From Convolutriloba macropyga (taxonomy: Eukaryota), in assembly GCF_964194025.1 (NCBI RefSeq), contig NC_134472.1:49414001-49478000 (forward strand): a DNA stretch of 64,000 bases, written 5' to 3'. Shown here in pieces: positions 40,200 to 50,999 of this stretch. The notes beneath the pieces were generated by a model. It saw nothing but the letters and a program-made list of their open reading frames with translations, made no database searches and had not been told where the DNA came from. How positions within the stretch are numbered: the stretch's first letter is position 1; every line of letters begins with the position of its first letter. The position numbers and the translations under genes are program-made.

Positions 40200-42240
40200 A
40201 CGGTAAGCACTGCATCAATCATGTTCAAAATGGTCCAAAATATTGATGAGGGGCACGGTATCACGAAAGTCATATCTTAGAGGTTTTTTTTAACAATTTA
40301 AACGACAAAACTTTGTTCTCCGATGTTGCTTTGCATAGGTATCCGAGTTGCTTCAAAAAAACCACTTCGGTTTTCTAATTCAGATCCTCCAAGATTGAGA
40401 TCGATTTTTTCCTCAACACTAAAAAAACGGGCTAAAACTTTAACTTCATCTCTATCCTCAAAGTATTGTGGATTTTCGTTACTCTGCAAAAAAGAGAGGG
40501 AGTCGTGAAGAAAACGAAAAAAGAAAATGAAAACGTTAACGGCAAAAAAATTCGGGAAATCGGAAACTCTGCCCGAATTCTGTTAACGAACGAATTCTCC
40601 TGCAGGTTATAGTTTTGCCACTCATGGTTTTTTTCTCCGCGCTCAAGTTCTCAACAAAATTTTTCAGTACCTCATCCCTTAAATTTGACCTTTGCAATTC
40701 CTTATTCCTTATCTATCTGGTAGAGAAAAAGCCGGCTTATGTTAACTGAGCCAGTAACTGGTCGTATCAGGTGATGGTTGGCTTACTCAAAAGACGTTCC
40801 AGAAATGACTCAAAGTGGTCCAAAATTAGTACATTTCCAACTCAATTGTCGTAGGAGATGAAATTTTATGATCTCAAAAGGTTTCATTGGATACTTTCTG
40901 TTCATACTTTTGCAAAACATTTCCATAGGAATCCCACAGAAATCGGCATGCTTGCTTGTCTCGTACATAGAACGCAGAGCAGAAACAAGTAAATTGAGGT
41001 CTTTTAAGTTAGAATTGGCGTGAGTGTTTGAGTGAACATCTTGAAACACAAGTGGAGCAAAAATTTTGAGCTCGTTAGCTTTGAAAAAACTTCGGTACTT
41101 GAGCGGTCAAACTTTCCAGGCAAATTTCTTTCTTGAAACTTTCTTGGGTCGAACTTTCATGGGTTTCTTGAAACGAGCTAAAGCCTGATCGATATCCGAG
41201 GTTGAATGAAGTAAACGCACAAAAAAGTCAATAACTTCTTTTGCCACACCTATGAGAGTTTGATGCATTGTATCTGTGGGACACGTCAATGTTGGAATTG
41301 TATCTGTGGGACACGTGGTAAATTCTCAAAAAAGATCAGAAGTTTCTAGTATCTTTTCACTCAACGAGTTTCCATCTCATTATCGATGCTTCTTGTTGAT
41401 TTCTTTTGTGGACCTTCCTGTCCGCAACGAAGCGCAACTTGCTTGTTTTCAATAGGACTTCCCATTTCAATACTTCATGATGCGGGTAGGAGTGCGACCC
41501 CAACCTATGTAGGCCTCTCATGTAGCACAATGGACAGCCATATTAGCCGTTGCAGTGCTTCTGTTTAAGCACTTCTGCCGTGCAGATTAGGTCTGTTATC
41601 AACATTTTCGTGATAAATTCAACTTCAAAACAATGTGGTTGATACTCTGCTGTTAACGGCTTGCAAATTTCATTATTGTAATGGTCGGAAACTGTGTTCC
41701 AGCGCGTATCCTTATTTCCGTACCAAAGTGTGCATAACAAAATATTTCTGAAAGATGAGCGAAGGAGTGGAGGAAGATCTGCAATCGCAACCACACAGGG
41801 TAGGCTGACCGGCTGCTTGACTTTCTGACGTTAGCACCATCAGTATCAAGAATCAGTCGTATGCGCAGCTTTTCGCCATCACAAAGAGTTTTATTCTGAT
41901 ATCTATACGGGTTCTAGCTTCTACACGAGAATATTGAAATATTGAATATATAATTAATATGACTATTTCCGCTAAGAACTCCGCAAAAACTAAAAGAATA
42001 AGTTGGCCTCCTTCAAGATATTTACTTTCGCTTAAGTACATTTCATTGCATTTTGAAATCTCGGACATGACAAGATTCGGACTCGGGTAGAAAAAAGGCG
42101 TGATTGAGAGCTTCCTATCTCGTAAGCGTGTCGTTTAGCAAGTCATCAGAACCGGCATGGACAAAAACTGCTGAAATTTGGGATAGCATTGCATTCTGAA
42201 CTCTGACAATTCCGTTTAACATTTCAGTACCAATATCAAA
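40200..42240 (-). pseudogene. EnSpm/CACTA (CMC)-type DDE transposase, decayed
   Basis: Manual translation across lesions: LDTDGANVRKSSSRSAYPVW.AIADLPPLLR...NILLCTLWYG; ITDLICTAEVLKQKHCNG*YGCPLC; DTMHQTLIGVAK; FKANELK; FHLLRQL...FGPL*VISGTSFE*ANHHL...VTGS. These follow the typical animal EnSpm motif order. Confidence 0.88.
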
Positions 42241-42699
42241 AGACAAACTTCAGCGTGAAACAGCTGGCGAAGTTGACTGCTCGCATAGAAAACTTAGTAA
42301 ATTTGACCTATCAGAGCACCTGCGATAAGCACACACTTCTGAGCTTGAACAATCAGTTAGTGCAGAAAACTCTTGCAGAGTCTCTACTCTTGGCGTTTCT
42401 AAACTTTCAAGCGAATCAAGAGCCTGGTCAATAAACGATTGCATGATCTTCGTGCTAAGACAGGTAGAAGAAGCAGTTAATTCCAATTGTCTCTTTCGCT
42501 GAATAGCAGATGTTCTTGTCTTGCTGCCAGTGCTTGTGCTTGAGCCAGACAAAATCGGGTTGCCAACGGGTGTTTCAGTGATATCAAGGGAAAGACGCGA
42601 AGTATGTGAGTTCAAAGGCGTATTAATATGGCTATCAGTGAGAACTTCTGGGATGCCGTCTACAATCTGCGGGCTCTCTTCGTGTTCGGAATCACCGTG

Positions 42700-43324
42700 A
42701 AACTCGGATCCACCGTGAAAATCTCTATCATTAATTCCAAAGAATGATTCACCATAGCTAACCGTTATCTCCTCCACCAGATATGACGATCGAACTTCTT
42801 GCAGTCTCACGCATGGATATGGTAACTCCCAGCTGATGCCTTGGTGATACCTTGCAATTGGTGAGCACGAATGGTTTACAAAAATAACCGTTCCAAGTAG
42901 CACTTTCTCGGAATCGAACAAAATTCCCTTCATTATAGACAGACTGCATATTTCCAGGAATATTGTCAACTATTCCTAAAGGAAACGAGAAAGGATTAAT
43001 TCGAAGTTTAATAAGTTTTGCAGTTTGATTGAAAAGTCCGAAGACACTAAAGTTGTCCGGTAAAAATTCAAACCCACTCTCTATAGTTTCACGATAAAGT
43101 TTGTCAAAGGATAAGTACGTCTTGTTCAATTTTCGGTGACGGTTACTGGTGCGCCTTTGATCGAAAAGCTCTTCACAAGGCAATAATATCATTGAAACTG
43201 GCTTTCTTTCAAAGTTATTAAGAGACTTTTTTGCAACGAGCGCGTCACATAACATTAAATCTTTGCAAACAATCATATCATCTAAACTCTCAACAGACAA
43301 TGAAAATAACCAGTCAGAATACAT
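42700..43324 (-). pseudogene. SET-domain protein, SUV4-20/KMT5B-C/Set9-like (H4K20 methyltransferase family), frameshifted
   Basis: KDLMLCD; SGFEFLP (cf. SGFEILP); LSIM...VLLGTVIFVNHSCSP (cf. FSVM...LWLGPAAFINHDCRP); EEITVSYGESFFGIN (cf. EEISCYYGDGFFGEN). Split over ORFs 42758..43324 and 42250..42969; post-SET cysteines absent. Confidence 0.85.
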
Positions 43325-43464
43325 GAATCAAATTATGCTAATCACCCGTGTTTTTGGAAGTTTGCTGAGAAACTAACTGAACAAATCAACAACTTTCTAC
43401 AAATGGTCACTTAATTTCCAACTGATTTACGAAAAGGAAGGAAGTCACTTTTCTAAAATTCTCA

Positions 43465-43900
43465 ACGAAAATATTCCTAAACCAATATTGGCTAAAATTC
43501 ATTCAACAAATTTCCCGGAGAATTTATTTGATCCGACGAGACTCACCTACGAGTGCCTTCTGACCAAATAATTTTAAGACACATCTGGTAGATTTAGACC
43601 AATGTCATTTTCTATAAAAAACTACTTCAGAGAATTAGAAAACTATTTAGAGTTCTGAGATACTGATTGACCGGCCGAGCCTCATATACAAATGGCTTTT
43701 GCTACTGTTTTTTCAAGCTGATCTGCGAGAATAAAATCAGTCACTTTTAAATGTTCTCTGCGAATATATTCCTAAAGAAGGTATTGGCTAAAATTTATTC
43801 AACAAAGTTCTCGGAGAAATAGTTTTATCATGAGCCTCATCTACCAGTGCGTTCTGATCAAGTGATTTTGGCGGCGATGGATCTTGAGCAATGTCATTTA
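43465..43900. repeat. Degenerate repeat block, same family as 46960-47460
   Basis: ATTCCTAAA..TATTGGCTAAAATT.ATTCAACAAA...CGGAGAA...GAGCCTCACCTACGAGTGCC.TCTGA units. Confidence 0.8.
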
Positions 43901-43992
43901 TCAGAGTTTATTAGAAAGAAACAGTAGTAATCAAGAGTAAACTGGTTAATCACTTGACTGATCAACATACTAGAGACTGGAATTTCTCTCAA

Positions 43993-45005
43993 TTATACAA
44001 TATAAACCTGATCTTCATACTCGTCAGTTTCACAATGAGAGTTTTGATAATCGGATTCGAGAGAATGAGAGCCCAAATTGTCCAAGGCTAATTTGTGTGA
44101 ACCTTTTGTTGAGTCACGCATCATCTGATTGCGGGATCTTCTGCAAGTTTCGTACGAAAAAGAAGGGTTATGAGGGTATTTTGATTTTACAAACCAGTTT
44201 AAATTTTCCCTCAGTTTCAGCATCCAAAGAAGACCTTAAGCTCAATTTGATCGACACCCTTTTGGAGACAGCATCATTCTTGCTGCAAAATTTTTTTCTC
44301 AATGAGTTTATCACCGAGGTCTCGTCCAAAACCAGCAGCATCCATACCTGCGTAGATTTTCATCAAATCAAAGTTATTATGCATAACAGACACCGCTTCT
44401 TTCGACAATTCTGGATAATCATCAATGTTTTGGAAACCCCAATTTTCAGAGATTAAGAGCTTCTCTCTTAGCATTTCCTCTTCTTTGGAAATTGAGGACA
44501 AAAAAAATTTTCTTTTCATCTGCTCTTTCTTTTTTTTCAAAAAGCACTTAGCATCAGATCCACTGTTTTCTCGTGTTCCGCCAAATACTCGTCAAAACTT
44601 TTACAAACGGGAGAGCAAGACTGCTGGGCCAAACTGAGAGACTGATCTTCTTTTTCACCTGCTCCGTCGAAGTGCATCGGACATACAACATTTGAGTTGC
44701 GAATAGAAGAATCAGCACTTCTATTCTCACCGGGCTCAATGATCGAATCCGCGGTTTTCGTTTGAGCCTGAAAGGTTTTCACTTTCTCGAATCGTCATCG
44801 GTTTTTTCGAACCAATCACAGTAATATCTAGTTCAGAACAGTCGACTCCTTTATCAACAGGTTCCAAGTACTTCGCTTCAACAACCTTGAGATCTTTTTG
44901 GTGTCCCTTGCAGCGCAGTCGAGCTCTGAAATTGAACCCTGAAAACATCAAATCATTACAACTGTCATCCGGCAGGGTATACTTTTGCCAATAATCTGTT
45001 TTCAA
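43993..45005 (-). pseudogene. Protein with C-terminal BEN-like domain, frameshifted
   Basis: Four consecutive minus-strand ORFs. Reconstructed C-terminus AGFGRDLGDKLIEKKI...MLSPKG...RSSLDAELRENLNWFVKSKYP...SYETCRRSRNQMMRD fits the BEN pattern (F..L...LF; R..LD; terminal N...RD). Confidence 0.65.
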
Positions 45006-45608
45006 TCATGCCTCACTGTTTGTTTTGAGGGTGAATACAGATAGATAATCGCAAAAAATCCACTTGACCTTTCGAGCTCCGCTGTGACGGCAAATTGTCT
45101 TTGTCAGCTGCACAAAATCCTTATCCTAAATTTGTTTGCGACATTGATTTCGTCTTAACTTTCGTTTTGCTTACGCTCAGCGTATAGGATTTATTTTCAC
45201 TGAACTCATGGTGCAACTGAAAAAACAAGCAAAATGACGCTCTTGTCACATTCTTGCAAAATCATTGGCACAATCATAAACAGTACTTTAAAACACACCA
45301 GACCAGGCAATCATGAGATTCTAGATCACGAATCTGATGCAGGATAGCAATTGCAAATAATAAATAGGCTAAAATTTTGCTATCAACTACGAAAATAAAA
45401 ACCAAATTAATAACGAATTGCTTTCAAACATGTCATTTCTTGTACTTCAAAATGAGCTCAACTGTTTGAGAGCCAAAACAAAAGAAACCCAAATCAAACG
45501 AAAAAGAAACAAACAACCGTTAAAATGTCATCTAAAGTAAAAAAAAAAGTCAAGCTGACTAGTTTGAAAACAATTTGGAAACGTTCAAAAAAGTAACTAT
45601 AGTTCATG

Positions 45609-45860
45609 AAACAAATCCTTTCTACAAATCTATTTCACTGAATGCCTCATATCAATTTAGTACTAGAAGCAAAGAGCATGTATCAATTAATTAAAAAATA
45701 AGCGTATATGGACCGAAACAAAATCTTTCTATTGAGATATTTCATTTGATTGCTCATATCAATATAGCACTAGAACCAAGGAACATGTATCAAGTAATAA
45801 AAAAAGCATATGGAGCGAAATAAATTCTTTCTACAAAACCATTTCACTGAATTGCTCATT
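45609..45860. repeat. Short tandem repeat, ~2.3 copies of ~107 bp
   Basis: CTTTCTA...ATTTCA.TGA.TG.TCATATCAAT.TAG.ACTAGAA.CAA...CATGTATCAA repeated. Confidence 0.75.
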
Positions 45861-46959
45861 CCAATATATCGGACTAAGCGTTAATCTAACTGGCTTCATG
45901 TGACGTACTAGCACTTGACTGGTCAAAGTTATTTTGTTTCTTCTTGCTGTTATGTTTCCTATCAATACCTGCCTTGTTGGCTGCTCTTTTTGCTTCACTA
46001 TAAGCATTTGGGAATTTGAGTGGATTGAACAGACGACAAACATTTGCTAAAAAAAACTCAGCTTAGATATCACTTGAACAATTAAATTGAAGAATGAGAA
46101 AAAATAACCTTTGAAATTTTGGGCATCTAAATTAACCGGACTTCTTTGCAACTATTGCTGTTTTCAGGCCAAAATCATCTCATCAGACAGTGCATCTTTG
46201 CCAAAAAAATTTAACACGAAGAATTTGACCAGCTTTTTTTTGTGTCTGACGTAACAATTTCGTAAATTTCAGTTTCACTTTTTTCAGGGGAATCAGAGGG
46301 GACATCCCTGGTAGAAAAATCAGCTGTTGGTTTGTTCAAAGTCAACGAGAACGAGCTGAATAAATACATTAGACAAATCAAGGATATTTTGAATCAAAGA
46401 TGTAACATACCGCAGCTCTGATTTGCTTCACCTCAAGTCTGGAATTTACTAATTGGACTGCTTACAACAATTATTTTACTCAACCGTAGATTTTTAAAAT
46501 TGTCTTTTGCGTTCAATAGGAACTTCTAGCCCGATCTCTGTGTTCGACGGCAAAAAGAATTTGAACCTATTTCAGCTTAAAAATTCAATTGTACTACATA
46601 TACAAAAAACTTCAATGTTATTACCTGGCAACCTAATAGCTGGCTTTGAGTAACGTTAGCATTTACTGCGCTTGTTGAATTTTCCGCTTGTTGCGATGTG
46701 CTTTCCTATAACAAAGACCAGTTAAAAACAGGAAAAGATCAAAAAAAGGGGAAAATCAGCCAACCATGTTTGCCTTTTTTTCATTCATCCCTTTCTTTTT
46801 TCTCTGGTCGTTTCCCTCAAGTATCTATGGTAAGTTTTAAAGCAATAGGAACAAAGAAAAATTGTATTACGTCAATTTAATACAATTTAAATGAATAAAT
46901 TTACATAATTCAATAAATTCAAACTCAATTATGAGAATGAAAGCAGTCATTTGTCTAAT

Positions 46960-47460
46960 TTCTTTACGAACAAGTTCCTAAAGAAGGTATTGGCCAATAT
47001 TCACAAAACAAATTTCTCGGAGAAATTATTTGATACGAAGAGCCTTACCTAGCAGTGCCTTCTGACCAAATAATTTTGGGCTTATTGGGAAAATTGGGAG
47101 CAATCTCTTTTATTAGATGTTCTCTTAGCAAATTTCTCGGAGAAAATAATTGATCCGAAGAGCCTCACCTACGAGTGCCTTCTGAACAAATAATTTTGTG
47201 CGCATCGGGAGGATTTGGAGCATTGTCTTTTATTAGATGTATTTTTAACAACGTTCTCGGAGAAAATATTTGATCAGAAGAGCCTCACCGACGAGTGCTT
47301 TCTGACTAGATAATTTTGGACATATCTGCTTGATTTAGTGCAATTTCATTTATTAGAAATTCTCAATAAAATTGCTTTTTCAGATTGAATTAGAAAAAAA
47401 ATCTTGGTAGTTCTGAGAAATTGACTGAACCGACGAGCCTCACCTACGAATAACTTTCAG
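46960..47460. repeat. Tandem repeat of 120-bp units (~3.5 copies)
   Basis: TTCTCGGAGAAA..TTGAT..GAAGAGCCTCACCTACGAGTGCCTTCTGA at ~47040, 47160 and 47280; partial at 47435. Confidence 0.85.
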
Positions 47461-47725
47461 TCATGTCATTTGAATCGTTTTAGCGTAAACGTGAATCTGA
47501 TATATACTAAGAGACTAAAACTACTTGTGGTTCACTTCAAGACAGTTAACTAGTTTACTTTTAGTTAAGTATTGACAATTGATGACAACGTTAAGTAACG
47601 AAATTGATGACAACAACGTTAAGTAATGGCAATTGATGACAACTTTAAGTAATGACAATTGATTCGAATAGCATTCAAACAAACATAGCCGGGAATTTGC
47701 CGGAAAATAGCCCCCGATAACTCAC

Positions 47726-48572
47726 TTACATGAACTTTCGCAAAAGGTCCGCATCAACAACTTCTTGCATTGATCTCGGATCATCTTTGATATCATTGAG
47801 CCAGTAACCGATAGTTTTATAACTATCGTCTGTGAGATGAACACTTTCGCTGAGCTAATCCAGATTAAACCCCAATTCAATAAGATGAGGCTTAAACCGC
47901 AACAAGAGAAGATCATTAAATTGGTTGAGCCATTTTCGTGTTTCCGGGAACGAGTTACGAGGGATAACTTGATGCAAATGAAACTTTTCTCTTTGAAGTT
48001 AAGATATATCCTAAAAGCTCTTAAGAATTCTTTGGCTTAGCCAATTGTCCTTAAGGGGTCGTCTTCTGGTTTTCTCGGGTGTCTTTTTATATCGTTGCCA
48101 GCCAACATAACAATAACATTACTCGCGCAAATAACCTCACTTTTCATGCGTTTTAAAAAGTCCAATTTGGCCCCGGAACTCCCATTGCATTGATTTCCGC
48201 TCAGAAGCGGAAAAAGTCTTTCAGTTGCTTCAAATGCGAATCACCCACTATGAGAATTTTGTTGAGCGGTGGGGTTGGCGAATGAATTCTTCGTAGGGTC
48301 AACTTCTTTTTCTCGCCAGATCCACGACGCAATGATGATCCGCTAACTGCTAGACTTCCTGCACGGCTTGTGCTTCTGAACCCGCTCGAAACATAGACGT
48401 TTGTTTTTGAGAATGGCTCTGGTTTCCAGGCAGCAAAATCTCTGGTGGGAACCACCCACTTCAAGTCGGAATCACCCACTAAGCAAACTTTGTTTAGCGG
48501 TGTGGTTGTAGCTGTTGGCGAGGGAATTCTTTTAAGGGTCAACTTCTTTTGCTCGGCAGATCCACGAAACAT
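47726..48572 (-). pseudogene. SGNH/GDSL hydrolase-like protein, decayed
   Basis: Block I ILIVGDSHLK (duplicated as VCLVGDSDLK), block II SSGAKL, block III VIV.LAGNDI, then VIPR and block V ESVHLTDDSYKTIG. Needs several frameshifts and read-through of stops. Confidence 0.75.
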
Positions 48573-48582
48573 TGATCAAAGC

Positions 48583-50987
48583 AAAATCAAACAACAAAGC
48601 AAATATTAATTACATCAAAAAGTATATGTTCGTTGTAAAAAACAAAACCTAATAACAAAGTCAACATAGCGTCAGAAAAAATCGAAACTAACTAAAGTAA
48701 CTGGCAATTTATCAGAAAAGATATCAGACCAGTCTTTAATAAGGCTTGGTAACAATTAGACAAGAAAGAACAAAAACAGTAAATTTAAAAAATTTGCTTA
48801 GTTTATTTTGCAAACAATTAATTTCAAAGTAATGAACACCAATAGAAATCAGCTAAAATATCCCATAGATCTACGATTACCAATGCTTCTATAGAAAAGG
48901 ACATTAAGACCTGTCCTTATTCAATTTTTTATTCGGTTAAAAAAGAACAACAAAAAGACAAAAAAAAAACAAAAATTCAATTAAAACTTGCCAATAAACA
49001 AACAACGTGGAGGCCGTAAAGTCATATTTCAGCCCTAAGAATGTGATAGATTGCGCCTTCTTTAAACACAGATACTGTTTTATGTGAGTTTTCAATAATG
49101 AGCTAGGTAACAAGTTGACAAAAGAGAAAATAGAGCAAAATTAGGTATTATTTTTTGTATTTTCTAGAAATAAAATTACTTCCAAACTCACGAAAACCAT
49201 CAATTACAAAAAATATAATTAAATAGGCTCGGGTATTCTTTCAAAGCAAGCCCATGAGACCTGCAATTATCCAGAATATATCTTATGTCTACGAAAAGAA
49301 CTTCAAATAAAACAAAAACAAAAATCAAAAATTAGTTTTTTTCTTTTGAAAAAACAGTGTCGAAGCCAGTAAAGTCATAACGAATTCATTAAAAGCATTG
49401 GATTTTCTGACACCATTCCCTTTTGACACATTCCCTTGACACCAGTTGTGTCATATTTGACCTGGAATTAACAAGGCTAGGTAAAAAGTACACAATAAAA
49501 AGAACAAAATTGCGAATTTAAAATGAGTTTTTTATTCTGGAAAACAATTGTTTTCAAAGTCATGGAAGCCATCAGCGATCTACTAACATCAGAATATCGG
49601 CTCATCTATTCTATCATGAGAAGTTGAAGAAACCTGCCTTTATACAGGCAATTTCATACGACTAAAGCGACAAAGTAAAACGACAGTTAAAGAAAAAATT
49701 AAAAAATTCAATTAAAATCTTCAAGAAAGTAATGTAGAGGCCGGTAAAACCATAATCTACATCTTTCGGCAATTTAATATGATCAATTGTGCGTTATATT
49801 AAACTCCAATAATGTGATATGTGAACTGTATATAATGTAATAATGTGACAAAACTAGAAAACTAAAAATGTGCAAATCTAAAAAAATAAATAAAAATGTG
49901 AAATCTAGTAGTATCAGAGCCAGAAAACCATAACTTAAGGCGTAAAACAGCGATAGAGATTAAATACATTCTAATTCAAAAGAAATAAAAAGCATCCTTT
50001 CTTTGCTGACACTAAGCTACAAGTTAACCAAACTATGACAAAAAATAGAGGTGGAGTTCAATAAGCCATTATATATTTAAAAATCAATTTTTTTTTAAAA
50101 GTCAAAACGACCAAAAGCTTTCGAGTAAGAAACTAGACGCATTAGTTTGGATTTCCTTAGGAAATCAATTGGATCTCTCTTTACTGAACTTTGATTTGAT
50201 ATATTCTGTTCTTTAATTAATATGAACAGATCATTCTTTTAAAAAAACGAACGACTGATTACAATCCGAATTCTGTTTGGATTGTAACAATCCAAGATTG
50301 GTCAAAAACTGGCCCTGCTAATGCTAATCGTCTATTAGGAACACTTAATATTATAGATAAAGTTAATATGTTACATAAAAAATCAAAAATGAATGCTGCG
50401 TTTTTGACACTCCATGAGTATAGTTAGCAAAAAACGACAAAGTTTTAATTACAGAGAACTCCCAACGGAAGTTGAATTAGGAATAGCCCCCTTTTGAGTC
50501 TCGAAAAATTGTATTAGTGGCGATTGGGGGTGCACTTCCTGCAACTTTAATGAAAGTGAAAAAAGTGAGCTTTTTTCGTGCTGTTTTTGATGAAAAAGGC
50601 TGACTTTTGAAATATTGAGCAAGAATTTTTGACAAAAAATTTTTAAACTGGTCGACAATTTTTTTTTGTCTTTAAAAATAATAAAATAAACAACACTGTT
50701 CTTCTAAACTTCAACAATTTTTAGCAAAACTGACGAAATTTTAGGAAAAATTCCGGAAATTGTGAATAAAAACAACGGAATTCACTCTACTTTTCTCGGA
50801 AGTTTAATCTCAATAACTCCCTGTAAAAAACGAAAAAAAAATTGAATTCCATATTCTACGCTGGACGAGCTTTCTAATGATACCAGTCTCAACTGTCAAC
50901 GATTAGTATATCGATCGGAGAAAATGGTGTGAGCAAAAAACCAATTTGAGTATATAGTTCCTCCCCCCTCAACAGGGGTCGGAACAA
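48583..50987 (-). mobile_element. Helentron/DINE-1-like copy C, lacking its 3' ~250 bp, with internal ~365-bp diverged repeats
   Basis: Colinear inverted homology to 23909-25450; terminal TATAGTTCCTCCCCCCTCAACAGGGGTCGGAACAA. Confidence 0.75.
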
Positions 50988-50999
50988 TTAAGCGACCAA

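Noticed and set aside
34611-50978. CCCGTGTTGAGG at 34611 versus CCTCAACAGGGG at ~50967 as TIRs of the SET-transposase element
   Set aside because: An 11/12 match that does not extend, lies inside the Helentron terminal stem, and has non-matching flanking dinucleotides.
23909-50987. Kilobase-scale inverted homology as TIRs of one giant (Polinton-like) element
   Set aside because: The same sequence occurs independently at 4263-6898, copy A has its own two ends, the copies are quite diverged, and there is no TSD and no polB, capsid or integrase between them.
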